DNA of 64,000 nucleotides from the NCBI GenBank assembly GCA_052279835.1, contig CP181291.1, forward strand, positions 1,568,001 through 1,632,000. The letters are read 5' to 3'. Under the pieces are notes generated by a model. It did no database searches and was not told the DNA's origin. It saw only the letters and a program-made list of their open reading frames with translations. Positions within the stretch are counted from its first letter, which is position 1; each line of letters opens with the position of its first letter. The translations under genes were made by a program, and so were the position numbers. Positions 43,485-55,180 of this stretch are shown piece by piece. Origin of the DNA: Microcoleus sp. Lineage in GTDB: Bacteria > Cyanobacteriota > Cyanobacteriia > Cyanobacteriales > Microcoleaceae.

Positions 43485-44069
43485 TTAAGAACGAGAAACC
43501 CAAGAACGAACGTAAAAAAGTACAAATCCAATTAAGTAAAAACAATTGACCAAAATCAACAATATCTTACCAACATAAGAGTTAACACAACCAAAAACGC
43601 GGAAAGTTGACAGCAGCACTAACAACATTTCAATAAAAGAAACAATTGAGCCGTAGTGATTCCGATCCCAATAAGAAAACGGACTGATAAAACGGTAATT
43701 GCTGAACGGAAAAAAGTGTCTGTGAGCATCATCATTATGCACCGGCAAATCTCCTAGAGAGTGCAGAATCATGCTCAAAAACAGAATTTGAATGCTTTGC
43801 CAGCCAAAGTAATAAGCAATTAGCCAGCCGATCGCCGCGAGGGGGATAGAATGAAACAAAGCCACAATATTCTGGACAACAGGCTCATAATATGCTTTTG
43901 ACCAGATTGTCGCGGACGGCAAACGAGCAATGTATTTCGCCCAAAAGTAAAATAAAAATATCGGGATGTCGGGCAAGATTCCGCCGATCGCAATAATTAG
44001 ATTAGCTTGCGGCAGTTGCCGTTGGCCGAGAATTGCCAGATTGATAATCGCGTGGCTGGGAGTCTTCAT
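43485..44069 (-). CDS. Membrane protein, possibly metal-dependent hydrolase (YdjM-like)
   Basis: TPSH, GGILPD, FHS, LHSLGD motifs within hydrophobic segments. Confidence 0.65.
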   Translation of the reverse strand: MKTPSHAIINLAILGQRQLPQANLIIAIGGILPDIPIFLFYFWAKYIARLPSATIWSKAYYEPVVQNIVALFHSIPLAAIGWLIAYYFGWQSIQILFLSMILHSLGDLPVHNDDAHRHFFPFSNYRFISPFSYWDRNHYGSIVSFIEMLLVLLSTFRVFGCVNSYVGKILLILVNCFYLIGFVLFYVRSWVSRS

Positions 44070-44190
44070 GATTGACGGTTAAATCTGTTGGGAGGGTGAA
44101 GCATTTGGAGATAAAACACTCTTGTTTTCAACATAAACTGTCGCCCAAATGCTTCACCTACACTCATTGTGATACTCTCTTACTACGAAC

Positions 44191-45346
<1,156 letters not shown>

Positions 45347-45435
45347 GATTTGATTTTTTTTGTCGGAGATATCGCACAGGCTTTCGGGCCTGTGCCACGA
45401 TGAAGGTGGATATCTGCGGTGGGATTTGAACGTTT

Positions 45436-45933
45436 TCAATAAGACTTTAAGGCCCCGCGCAACTGACTGAGGACTTTTTTGTATTTGGCAATGCGTTGAA
45501 AATCTGCCTCTGTCGGATTGGAAATGCGACGAATATCGAGGTTATGAGTAACATCGGCGATTTTGACTCGCAAGGCGATGGGGTTGGCCATCACCCGCTC
45601 TAAATAAGCTGCATAAGGTTCTCCTTCTATTTTGGTAATTGCGCCGATCGCGTTTACTATAAATTCAGGAAAACCTTCGCTTCTGAGTCGATCCAATGTC
45701 AGTTCGGAATCTTCCACCGCATCGTGTAACACCGCTACGATTTTCTCCTCTAGAGAATTGACATTTTTCATCACAAATAGCGGATGATCTATATAGGAAT
45801 TGCCTGCCTTATCAACCTGCCCTTCATGAGCTTTGGCTGCGATCGCGATCGCTCGTTGTAGTAACGATTCGTCGTCTGAATTAGTATTTGACCACATAGC
45901 CAATAATTTTTCTACTACAGGTTTCATTTCCAC
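45436..45933 (-). CDS. Small HD-domain protein (RelA/SpoT hydrolase-like)
   Basis: AHEGQVDKAG.SYIDHP, VLHDAVED, VKIAD..HN. Confidence 0.82.
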   Translation of the reverse strand: MEMKPVVEKLLAMWSNTNSDDESLLQRAIAIAAKAHEGQVDKAGNSYIDHPLFVMKNVNSLEEKIVAVLHDAVEDSELTLDRLRSEGFPEFIVNAIGAITKIEGEPYAAYLERVMANPIALRVKIADVTHNLDIRRISNPTEADFQRIAKYKKVLSQLRGALKSY

Positions 45934-46200
45934 GAAAATAAACGCAGATGAATTTATGGTTCTCTGCGTTTATCGCTGTAGGTTCGGTCTGTGAACAAAG
46001 GACGATCGCCAGTCAATAAACTAATAGCTATTGCAACTCAGTTAATAGACACAATTAAACATAAAATTATCATCGCGAGACTCGCTATGGCCGAAGGAAG
46101 CAACCGTTTAGTTGGAGATTGCCTGACTTCGTTCAGTTTTGAAAGTTTATGTATCTCTGGCTACTTAGAGCGATCGCCAATCCTGTGACTCAGCCTAGGA

Positions 46201-46503
46201 TTAGTAACGACGATTGAAGCCACCGCCGGAGCGGCCGCCACCGCCGCCAGGTCCACGATCTTCGCGGGGCTTGGCTTTGTTAACTTTCAGATCGCGGCCC
46301 ATCCACTCAGCGCCATCAAGCGCTTCGATTGCGGCTGTTTCTTCTGCCTCAGTTCCCATTTCCACAAAGGCGAAACCGCGCATTTTGCCAGTTTCGCGGT
46401 CTGTCGGTAACTGAACTCTTTTAACGGTTCCGTACTCTGCAAATACGGTATTGAGGTCTTCTTGGGTAACTTGATAAGCAAGATTACCTACGTAAATCGA
46501 CAT
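46201..46503 (-). CDS. RRM RNA-binding protein (Rbp) with Gly-rich tail
   Basis: SIYVGNL (RNP2), RGFAFVEM (RNP1), GRDLKVNKA. Confidence 0.95.
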   Translation of the reverse strand: MSIYVGNLAYQVTQEDLNTVFAEYGTVKRVQLPTDRETGKMRGFAFVEMGTEAEETAAIEALDGAEWMGRDLKVNKAKPREDRGPGGGGGRSGGGFNRRY

Positions 46504-46837
46504 GAAATATCTCCTAAATCAGATGTGGATGGAAGTTGAGATTTTCGATAGAGCCAGCCAAAGTCAAACGTGAAAGACTCATCAACAAGTGCTTTCTAGT
46601 TTACCATACCCAATCAGGTTGTGTGGAGGTTATTGCCAATTTTAGCAAAATATTTTCCTAATTTCATAGGATCGCGCCGTAGCACACCCATCAATCTCTT
46701 GACCAAACCAGGCAAAATAGAACGGGATTTAGCAGATTCCACCCGTGGAACACCGGCCGCTACCGCTAGAGATAGGGGTGTGGCGAAGGCTGACACCAGG
46801 GAAGTGTCGATAATTATTTAGTTAGTCTGTTAATCAA

Positions 46838-46968
46838 CCTCTCTCGGATGTTTTGGGAAAAATGTAGCTAATGTAGCTAATGATACTAAATCTCGGAAAC
46901 AGGAAAGCTGAAACCCTTGATGTTGTTCAATTATAAGTATGAGCGATCGCCACAACGACGCGAGAACC
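46838..46968. mobile_element. Degenerate inverted copy of the 11109-11231 MITE
   Basis: CTCTCTCGGAT...AAAAATGTAGC...ATACTAAAT...GAAAGCT.AAACCCTTGAT collinear with the reverse complement of the first copy. Confidence 0.65.
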
Positions 46969-47223
46969 CCCCCATCCAGCAATCCTCTGAGACCCATTTT
47001 CATCCATCACTCCGAAAAAACTACATTATTCTTAATATTTTAATTCTGCCTGAAAGCCTCATAAATTCGTTCTCTAATCCGATTACTTCGTGATAAATCT
47101 TGATATTTTTGCAAGCTCTGGCAGTGTAAACCTTACTTAGTAAGATGTTTAAGTTTTTGTGTCTCTAAAAACCTGTTGATTTTCTTGAGATAGAATAGCA
47201 CCATCTTTAAAAACAGTATAAAC

Positions 47224-48357
47224 ATGAGCTCATCAACAGTCTTACAAAACATCGAAAAGCATCTCCCCATCCTGGGAAATGTACATACCAAAAGTCCCCT
47301 TGCCTACCGAGCAACCCGCGTCGCAGTCAGTGCTGTTAACGCCCTGCAAATGGCAGTAGCAGAATCTTACATCAACGGATTAGAAGTACCAGATTCTGTA
47401 TTGCGATCGCTTTTTGATACCTGTATGCCAGTCTTTTTTAAGAATTTTCCGTCCCTGCTTGCACCCTACGAATGGGTACTAACAGAAACAGATCGGACTG
47501 CTGAAGGGCCACGGGATTTAATGAAAATTCAGTACGATTTGCCTCAAGCCATGCTGAATCCCATGTTAGGCGAAGGGAAACTCATCTATCCCAAATACAG
47601 CATGGGATTATGGGAAAAAGGAGCCACCAACCTCGAACAATCCCAGATCCAAATGATTGATGATGTCATTGAAAAACTCGACATCAGAGATGGCGACAAT
47701 ATTTTAGACTTTGGCTGCGGTTGGGGCTGCGTTCCCAACTACATCCTCTCCAAATTCCCCAATGTCAAGTTTACGGGAATTAACTTGAGTCACCACCAAT
47801 GCGAATATATGCGCCGGAAGATGCAAGATCCCGAAAGCTACCTCAGCTCTGGTCGATTCACTCTCTACGAAGGAGATTTGAACGATGCCCAATTTGAGAC
47901 CAAGTTTGATAAAATTTTGTCGATCGGCGTTTTTTGTCATGTCGGTAATTTAACGAAAGCTTTCCAAAAGCTCGCCTCTTTCCTGAAAGATAACGGCCGA
48001 GTTTTCATTCACATCATCACAGTCCGCACGCCCAACAATATATCCAGCGTTTTCACCCACAAATACATTTTCCCCCACGGCCGTTACTGGAAATACGATG
48101 CAGTTCCCAGCTACAACAAAGACCTCAAAACCATTGAAAGATGGTATTTGAATGGATTCAATTACTCCACCACCTTTGCTAATTGGCTGAAAAACTTTGA
48201 CGATTCTCAGGCGATAGTCAAAGATTTAGACTATGGCATTGACTATGCCAAATTTCGCCGAATCTGGCGGTTTTATTTGATTTGGTTTGTGGCTAATTTC
48301 GCCAGTTGCGACGGCGAATACAATGGTAATGGTCAATATTTAATGACTCATACCTAA
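47224..48357 (+). CDS. SAM-dependent methyltransferase, cyclopropane-fatty-acyl synthase-like
   Basis: KYSMGLW, LEQSQ, ILDFGCGWG, HKYIFP, FRRIWRFYL. Confidence 0.82.
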   Translation: MSSSTVLQNIEKHLPILGNVHTKSPLAYRATRVAVSAVNALQMAVAESYINGLEVPDSVLRSLFDTCMPVFFKNFPSLLAPYEWVLTETDRTAEGPRDLMKIQYDLPQAMLNPMLGEGKLIYPKYSMGLWEKGATNLEQSQIQMIDDVIEKLDIRDGDNILDFGCGWGCVPNYILSKFPNVKFTGINLSHHQCEYMRRKMQDPESYLSSGRFTLYEGDLNDAQFETKFDKILSIGVFCHVGNLTKAFQKLASFLKDNGRVFIHIITVRTPNNISSVFTHKYIFPHGRYWKYDAVPSYNKDLKTIERWYLNGFNYSTTFANWLKNFDDSQAIVKDLDYGIDYAKFRRIWRFYLIWFVANFASCDGEYNGNGQYLMTHT

Positions 48358-48390
48358 TCGCCACTCTTGGGATACGCGATTAGACCTCTG

Positions 48391-48413
48391 CCCAGCCCCC
48401 CTAGGGGGCTGGG
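48391..48413. terminator. GC-rich hairpin between convergent genes
   Basis: CCCAGCCCCC-CTA-GGGGGCTGGG. Confidence 0.55.
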
Positions 48414-48423
48414 GTATGCTTTA

Positions 48424-49563
48424 TCAGCCTTTTTCTGCTGGAGACATACCGCAATTGACGGACATTTCACCCAAAGAATCAGTAAAAGTCAGTTCATCTT
48501 TGTAATGTCGCGGGGTTTCCATCAGTAACCGCCATGCTTCCCCAGCATTGATTAAGTTCATGCGGCCGGGATAATGAATTTGTAACAACTCTTGCACCAT
48601 CGGGTAATAGTTGGAGTTGATGCTGGGGAAAATGTGATGTTCTGTGTGGTAAGAAAAATTAAAGTGCAGTACATCGAATATTTTAGGAACTCGCAGTGAA
48701 GCACTATTAATCAGCGGGTCATTGATGCTGGTCATCCGACAACCCATATGATTAGTATAGATGTAAAACATTGCGCCGGCATGACCAAGTGCGATCGGCA
48801 AAATGTAGGCGAGAGCAACTTTGAGCGGATTGAATTCTAGGTAGAATAAGATGCTCAGATGAATTCCTAAAATTCCTAAGCACTCAAGGGCGATTTTCAA
48901 TCTATCTTTAGGGCTAACTGTAAAGGCCGCGGGTACGTAATCTACTGATTTATCATTGAATAACAACACCGAGGAGACATTGCGGAAATTATGTACAAAC
49001 CATGAGCCAGCCATCCCGACAATTAACCACAGCGGATTGACTTCTACTGACGGTACAAACAGATTTTGAATCCATTTTCCCCAGGTATCTGGTTGCTGGT
49101 ACAGGTAGTTGCGATCGGGATCTGCTAGGGAATTTGTGTTGTTGTGGTGTACGAGGGTATGCAGATTTTTCCACTGGGTAGGTGGCATGAATAGCATACT
49201 TAATCCCAAAAAGGCGATCGGATAAGTCAGCCAAGACTTTTTTTGAACGCTACCGTGCATGAGGTCGTGGGAGCTAAATAGCAAAACTATGATACTATTG
49301 CCCATGATTACCGCTAAAGGTAGATAGAGCCATAAAAGATAGACTGGCCATTGGTCTAGATAACTGGCAATTCCCCATCCCAGCAATACAATTCCTAGGT
49401 TGACTAAGAGTATTACTAATTTGTGGCGATCGGGTTCAAAGGCTTCTGATGGCAGAAGAGGACGCAATTTTTTTACGTATACTGAGTGGTGAATTAGGGT
49501 TTCTTTGCCTAAAGTCGGTGTTGCAGTATTGTCGAGAGTATTCAGTATTTTTTCGGATTTCAT
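48424..49563 (-). CDS. Membrane fatty-acid desaturase family protein
   Basis: His boxes HDLMH, HTLVHH, HTEHH. Confidence 0.88.
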   Translation of the reverse strand: MKSEKILNTLDNTATPTLGKETLIHHSVYVKKLRPLLPSEAFEPDRHKLVILLVNLGIVLLGWGIASYLDQWPVYLLWLYLPLAVIMGNSIIVLLFSSHDLMHGSVQKKSWLTYPIAFLGLSMLFMPPTQWKNLHTLVHHNNTNSLADPDRNYLYQQPDTWGKWIQNLFVPSVEVNPLWLIVGMAGSWFVHNFRNVSSVLLFNDKSVDYVPAAFTVSPKDRLKIALECLGILGIHLSILFYLEFNPLKVALAYILPIALGHAGAMFYIYTNHMGCRMTSINDPLINSASLRVPKIFDVLHFNFSYHTEHHIFPSINSNYYPMVQELLQIHYPGRMNLINAGEAWRLLMETPRHYKDELTFTDSLGEMSVNCGMSPAEKG

Positions 49564-49797
49564 GCGATCGCTAGGATTTTTTTTGGAGAAAGCTCAATAA
49601 GTTTCTCAATTTAATTATATCTGAAATATTACAGCATTTTCAGCAACAGGCTTTCCGGTCTCTTCCACAAAAAATAAAGTTTTTTTGTGGAATGGGTGTG
49701 AAAGCGTGTTGCTAAACAGTTTATTAAAAATAATTCAAGATACCAGTTATCCGAACTTGAACCAATAACCAATAACTAATAACTAATAACTAATACA

Positions 49798-51063
49798 TTA
49801 AAATTGTCCGTTACCCTGAACTATTTCTTTAATTGTAGTCAACGTATCCAAACCGATTAATCCGCGACGATAGCCTTTCTGATTTGACATTCCCAAAAAT
49901 ATCGCATCTCCGCGATTTTGATAGCGCCAAAACCGGGGCGAGGCATTAATAAAAGTAGATGCACTGTTGACATCCAGCGCAAATTGGCGACTTTCTAGGT
50001 AAGATTCGGTGGCGATGCTGTCGGCGTGGCCGCTGCTGTATCGGTTGATCCACCCGATCGCACTTTCTAAACTATCGACAACTTTAAATGCTATGGTTTT
50101 GTTCAAATAGGGTTGATTCCACTCCGATATTTCGGCTAACTTTAAGTCGGGGAAATCTCCAAGGAGTTCGGCGTCTCCCCTAATCTGAAAGCCTTTTTCT
50201 TTTAAACTGTTCCACAGTCTGACTAAGGAAGAAGGCTTTTGGTGGCGATCGATCAATACTTTCTCGATCGCATTTACCGGATCTGGCACACTTTGATGGC
50301 TGTCCAAAATCATCCACCTTGCCATCTCCAAACTACCCGTAGGCGACCAATAAAGGTAACAATTGCCCATTGCCGATCGCAACACAGGTGCTGTACACTG
50401 CCTTACCACTTGTTGCACCAAACTGGGTCTACCGTAGGGAATAATTAAGTTTAGATATTGGTCTTGAGTCACTAAGTCCCGGATCGAGACACCTCCATTG
50501 GGCGGCAATACCTGCAAACATCCTGATGGCAAACCGACTTCATCTATTGCCGACTGCAAAGCTTCCCCGATGACTGCATTAGTGTTCCCGGTTTCGCTAC
50601 CGCCTTTGAGAATCAAGCTGTTAGCACTTTTGAGACACAAACCGGCCGCGATCGCCCCCAACTCTGGAAACGCCTCGTAAATTAGGGCGATCGCCCCTAG
50701 TGGCAGGGATTGACAATATACTTGACATCGATCGACCTGATAAGAAGCATTGATCACTCTGCCGATGGGATCGGGCATTTCTCCGAGTCGCTGAAGAATT
50801 TGGACTGTTGTCTTAATTCTTTCGGGTGTCAACTTCAGCCACTCCACAATCAATTCGGGAATTGCCATATCCCGACTCGCTTCTAGATCCAGAGTATTGG
50901 CTTCTAAAATTTCATTTTGGCGGAGTTTCAGCGCCTGTGCCATCGCCTGCAATGCAGCGGCGCGATCTGTACTTTTTGTCCCCGCCAACTCCAAAGAAGC
51001 TTGGTAAGCACAACGGGCGACATTTGCCGAATCGGATAAAGGTTTAGAATCGTCAATTATCAT
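49798..51063 (-). CDS. proA: Glutamate-5-semialdehyde dehydrogenase-like (ProA paralogue)
   Basis: PLGAIALIYE, LILKGGSE, INRYSSGHADSI, INAS; usual catalytic Cys not seen. Confidence 0.8.
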   Translation of the reverse strand: MIIDDSKPLSDSANVARCAYQASLELAGTKSTDRAAALQAMAQALKLRQNEILEANTLDLEASRDMAIPELIVEWLKLTPERIKTTVQILQRLGEMPDPIGRVINASYQVDRCQVYCQSLPLGAIALIYEAFPELGAIAAGLCLKSANSLILKGGSETGNTNAVIGEALQSAIDEVGLPSGCLQVLPPNGGVSIRDLVTQDQYLNLIIPYGRPSLVQQVVRQCTAPVLRSAMGNCYLYWSPTGSLEMARWMILDSHQSVPDPVNAIEKVLIDRHQKPSSLVRLWNSLKEKGFQIRGDAELLGDFPDLKLAEISEWNQPYLNKTIAFKVVDSLESAIGWINRYSSGHADSIATESYLESRQFALDVNSASTFINASPRFWRYQNRGDAIFLGMSNQKGYRRGLIGLDTLTTIKEIVQGNGQF

Positions 51064-51067
51064 TTAG

Positions 51068-51472
51068 CTAACGCCTGTAAGCCAGCCAAACCATCAGCGC
51101 CGGCACCATTGCTAGTAGCACAGCAACCACTGCCCACAGAATTATATTCGTCCCTGGGGAATACAACGCCAGTGGCAACCAAATCATTAGAAGTACCAAA
51201 ATCATGCCCAGGGCTAAGGGCAAGTAATGCTCTCTGAAACCCCGATGAGCTCTGTTCCATTGTTGACCTGTCCACCGCCAAGTTTGTTTGTAAGGATAGT
51301 TTGTTGATAATTGCTCGATGACGTAGCCACTTTCATCCAATACAAATATTTGCTGACAGCGGTTGCAACCAAAAGCCTCTGTCAGTATTATTGGCACTAG
51401 ACGACCCCGGCGCCGACAAGGGCAGGGATAATCACCATTTAAGTCAATTTTTGGAGCTTTTTGAGATGACAC
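51068..51472 (-). CDS. Hypothetical membrane protein with Cys cluster
   Basis: YPCPCRR...FGCNRCQ and two C-terminal TM helices. Confidence 0.7.
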   Translation of the reverse strand: MSSQKAPKIDLNGDYPCPCRRRGRLVPIILTEAFGCNRCQQIFVLDESGYVIEQLSTNYPYKQTWRWTGQQWNRAHRGFREHYLPLALGMILVLLMIWLPLALYSPGTNIILWAVVAVLLAMVPALMVWLAYRR

Positions 51473-51806
51473 GAGCGATCGGATAACAAGAGAGTTTGTG
51501 CAAAAACAATCGTTAAGATATTAATTCCATCAAACTTTTGAATTTTGGTCGATCGAGGATTTCAACTCTTTGTTGTTGGGCCTAGTTCGATCGGCAATTT
51601 TCAGTTACAAGTTCCCAACTGAATTTTACCACTTACTTAGATATTTTGAGCAAATATTTCTCTTTTTCCCAAACTTCCCTCAGTTGTGCCAAATTTTTGG
51701 TCGATCGCTTTAGTGATTGTGGCTATTAAACAAAAGCCCTTCTACAATGAATCGGCTTTCCACCCAAGTTTTTGGTAACATCGGGATTTTCTATTTAAAC
51801 TTTAAA

Positions 51807-51878
51807 AGCGGGTGACGCGATTCGAACGCGCGACATTCACCTTGGCAAGGTGACGCTCTACCACTGAGCTACACCCGC
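51807..51878 (-). tRNA. tRNA-Gly(GCC)
   Basis: Minus strand GCGGGTGTAGCTCAGTGGTAGAGCGTCACCTTGCCAAGGTGAATG...GTTCGAATC...CACCCGCT. Confidence 0.95.
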
Positions 51879-52112
51879 ATTTTTTGCGGAACCGCATTTC
51901 CTGCGGTATTAAACATAGTGCCTTAACTCCCTGAGTTTGTCAAGTATTTTTCATAAGTTTTTTTTGAGAAAGCCAGTATGGAGGCCCCAGGCCCCCTAGC
52001 CGCCTGAAATTTCAGCAGCCAGAATATTAACTAAATCAGTAATTGCGCTGTTTTGGGAGCCAGCCGTCAATAGCAAGGCTAAAATCAAGCTGGAATTTGG
52101 GAGAACACTGCT

Positions 52113-52253
52113 ATGTCAGACTTAAATCGCGGAATCATGAAGTTCAAGGGAGCTGACAGCCCCATTGCGATCGCCCTTTCAGCGATCGTCATTGCTGGCG
52201 GCATCGGCTTTCTAATCTGGTGGGCCATGCAATCGGCTTACACATTTAGCTAA
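52113..52253 (+). CDS. ndhQ: NDH-1 small subunit NdhQ, 46 aa, absent from ORF track
   Basis: Hand translation MSDLNRGIMKFKGADSP...LIWWAMQSAY matches the NRGIMKFxGAD...WWA pattern. Confidence 0.85.
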   Translation: MSDLNRGIMKFKGADSPIAIALSAIVIAGGIGFLIWWAMQSAYTFS

Positions 52254-52517
52254 CTTTGGCTAACCAAGTGCGGTGAGGGTGGGCTTAGCCTGGGAGTTCG
52301 AGGTCAAAAAGGGCTAGACGCTATCGTCTAATGTACCTCCTAAAAAGATACTCAAGAACAGGCGGGCGGTTCACCCACAGTCTTAAAGGCTGCAAACAGG
52401 TTAAATAAACCCGCCCCCACCCACAAAAAAGCCCCCGATATATCAGGGTGCAACATATCAGATTAAACTGAGTTTGGTTAAAACGTAATAAATAATCTAA
52501 AAAGCAAGCAGGTAGCC

Positions 52518-53162
52518 ATGACAGCCACCCTAATTCAAAGTCAAACTTCTGGAGTTGTGCTGAAAAATATTAGCTGGAAAACTTACGAATCCCTGGTAAA
52601 TGAGCTAGCCGAACAGCGGGGAATTCGTTTGACTTACGATCGCGGAACCTTACAAATTATGACTCCATCAGATCCGCATGAAGGTAACAAACAAATCTTA
52701 GGACGTTTTGTAGAAACCGTCACCGAAGAATTGAATGTAGAAATTCGCAGCTTGGGTTCTAGAACTTGCAAGCGCGAAGATTTGCTAAAAGGCTTAGAAC
52801 CGGATCAGTGTTACTATATCGACAATGAGCGAGTTGTCCGAGATGTAGAACAAATTGACTTAAATGAATATCCGCCGCCTGATTTAGTAATCGAGATTGA
52901 CATTACTAGCAGTTCGATTAACCGCATGGAATTGTATGCGAGTTTGGGTGTGCCAGAGCTTTGGTGTTATGACGGTTCGCGTTTAATATTCTATCAGTTA
53001 GAAGGTCAGGAATATGTAGAGCGGGATGTTTCTCCTCACTTTCCTTTTTTGTCACCCTCTGAGATTATGGGATTTGTGGAAAGGCAAAAAGATGTGGGGG
53101 AAACGTCGATGATTCGAGGGTTTCGGCAGTGGGTGAGGAGTCGGATTGAGTCTGGGGAATGA
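52518..53162 (+). CDS. Uma2 family (PD-(D/E)XK) endonuclease-like protein
   Basis: ISWKTYE, RLTYDRG, EPD, PDLVIEID, YASLGVPELW. Confidence 0.9.
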   Translation: MTATLIQSQTSGVVLKNISWKTYESLVNELAEQRGIRLTYDRGTLQIMTPSDPHEGNKQILGRFVETVTEELNVEIRSLGSRTCKREDLLKGLEPDQCYYIDNERVVRDVEQIDLNEYPPPDLVIEIDITSSSINRMELYASLGVPELWCYDGSRLIFYQLEGQEYVERDVSPHFPFLSPSEIMGFVERQKDVGETSMIRGFRQWVRSRIESGE

Positions 53163-53176
53163 TATCAACTACGATA

Positions 53177-53515
53177 TTAATCGACATCTAAATGCAGTTT
53201 GAGAGCCGCATTTACTAACTGCATGATTTCCTCATTCAAACTTCCCACTGCATCGCTGGTAATTCGCTGTTTAGAAATTGTCCTTACTTGCTGTGCTTGA
53301 ACTTTAGAAGGTTTGGATAAGCCGCTATCCTCTGGATTTAGCAACACCTCGAAAGGGTAGATACGGGTTACATTGGAGGTAATTGGTAGAATTGTAACTG
53401 TATTGGCAGCACGGTTATTAGCGTCATTGCTCACCACCAATACAGGACGGCGTTTATCAATCTCAGAACCAACCGTAGGACTGAGATTCGCGTAGTAAAT
53501 TTCACCACGTTTCAT
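53177..53515 (-). CDS. PemK/MazF family toxin
   Basis: RGEIYYANL.P..GSEIDKRRPVLVVSND, QVRTISKQRI. Confidence 0.92.
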   Translation of the reverse strand: MKRGEIYYANLSPTVGSEIDKRRPVLVVSNDANNRAANTVTILPITSNVTRIYPFEVLLNPEDSGLSKPSKVQAQQVRTISKQRITSDAVGSLNEEIMQLVNAALKLHLDVD

Positions 53516-53726
53516 CTGTTAATCCATCGGCAACTGTTAGATCCCAAGCAGAGTCTACTTCACTAGATGCTTGTCGGTAAGCAGATTCTAGTTCTTGATT
53601 CCGCAACAATTCTAAAGCTAATTCAATTACTTGGGAGGGTGATTTGCATCCTTTAGCAATTTTGTAGCTTTCAATGAACTGTAATAGCGATTGTGATAGG
53701 GAAATGGATATTTTTTCAGCTTGCAT
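53502..53726 (-). CDS. RHH-type antitoxin
   Basis: KISISL, SQVIELAL, WDLTVADGL; overlaps the toxin start. Confidence 0.85.
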   Translation of the reverse strand: MQAEKISISLSQSLLQFIESYKIAKGCKSPSQVIELALELLRNQELESAYRQASSEVDSAWDLTVADGLTDETW

Positions 53727-53817
53727 GATCTTAGCAATTGGTAATTACAAAGATTTCTACTTGATTATAGCACAAGCAGTAAACTAGAGTAAATTACACT
53801 ATTTACAGGGCGATCGC

Positions 53818-54000
53818 AGAAACCGGATTTCTTTCTAGTCGCGTGGAGCCTGAGAAACCGGGTTTCTTCGGAAAATCTGGTGAAGATGCGTAAATGCTCG
53901 TAGAAACCCGGTTTCTTGGATTGGGGGCGGGGTTCAGAAACCGGGTTTCTTCGGAACATCTGGTGAGGATGCGTAAATTATCGCAGAAACCCGGTTTCTT
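53818..54000. repeat. Tandem REP-like AGAAACCGGGTTTC palindrome units
   Basis: Two near-identical ~100-bp units. Confidence 0.75.
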
Positions 54001-54176
54001 GGATGGTTGGCGATCATCGCCTGTGGGATTAATTCACCCACAATCGCCAAAAATATCGCATTGATTTTGTCTGAAATCCTGTAATCAGAAAAAAGGGTGT
54101 AAGCATTTAGCGTTACACCCTGTCATAAGTTTTTAGTGTTGCCGAAGATATTATTTGTTTTAGACGCAGAAGCAAG

Positions 54177-55112
54177 TTAAACAAACTTAAAGTCCTGACG
54201 GGAAGACGTGACATTAAAGCTCAGGTCAGTCACGTTTTTGACAATAGCCAGCGTGTCTGCCCCCGTAGTTTGTATGAGCGTATCATTGCCATTACGGGTG
54301 AGGCGATACTGACTGGCATTACCGCGCAATTGGATGTAGTCATCGCGGAAGTTGTAGTCAACAATTGTGGCTTGACCGTTGCCCAGATAGAACATCCCCT
54401 GACTCCGATTCCCCAGAACGAAGGTATCAGCTCCAGTCCCTCCTTCTAAGGTGTCGAAATCGGGGCTATTGAAGCTGGCGTAGCCGTCGAGGTAGTCGTT
54501 GCCCGCACCACCGTTCAGGTAGTCGTTACCGGCTTCACCGTACAGGGTGTCGTTGCCAGCATTACCAATCAAAGTATCATTGGTGTTCTGCCCATTAAGG
54601 GTGTCGTTCCCCGACCCACCCGTGAAAACTTTGCCGCCTGGAGGTGGGGGTGGAGTGGTAACACCGCCTCCGAGATAGACAAACTTCGTTCCCTGAAATT
54701 GGGATGGAGACAACGTGCGAGTGTTAAACGCCCCATTCCAACCGTAGTTACCCTCAGTGATCTCAACGGAGCCATTGGAGTTGACTCGCTCGACAAAGGC
54801 TACATGACCGTAGAGGTCTCCTGGAGCAGTAGAATCCCAAACAATAAAGCTATTGGCGCGAGGTTGGCTACTCCAAGAGCCAGCTTGATCGTCCCATTGC
54901 CCAGCGTGACCGCGAATCTTAGCACCTAAACCGGAGTTCGCATTAATCAAGCCTTTCTCGACGGCTCGGCCGAATGCAAACTCGGTACACCACAGGAAGT
55001 TTCTGTTGGCTGGTACTGTAGGGGGGTTGCTAACAGCAGCGAAGGGATTGACAGTAGAATTGGTGTAGTTACTTGAGTTGAGATTGATACCAAAATCAGA
55101 CGGTGAAGGCAT
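54177..55112 (-). CDS. CHAP-domain amidase with RTX Ca-binding repeats
   Basis: WCTEF (Cys), YGHVAFVE (His), ITEGN; GGxGND nonapeptides. Confidence 0.85.
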   Translation of the reverse strand: MPSPSDFGINLNSSNYTNSTVNPFAAVSNPPTVPANRNFLWCTEFAFGRAVEKGLINANSGLGAKIRGHAGQWDDQAGSWSSQPRANSFIVWDSTAPGDLYGHVAFVERVNSNGSVEITEGNYGWNGAFNTRTLSPSQFQGTKFVYLGGGVTTPPPPPGGKVFTGGSGNDTLNGQNTNDTLIGNAGNDTLYGEAGNDYLNGGAGNDYLDGYASFNSPDFDTLEGGTGADTFVLGNRSQGMFYLGNGQATIVDYNFRDDYIQLRGNASQYRLTRNGNDTLIQTTGADTLAIVKNVTDLSFNVTSSRQDFKFV

Positions 55113-55180
55113 GGATTTTCCTTTTTTACTAATTTGTTCTGTTAGTGGTAAGCGCGATCGCCCCTAGGCCGATTGGTGAA

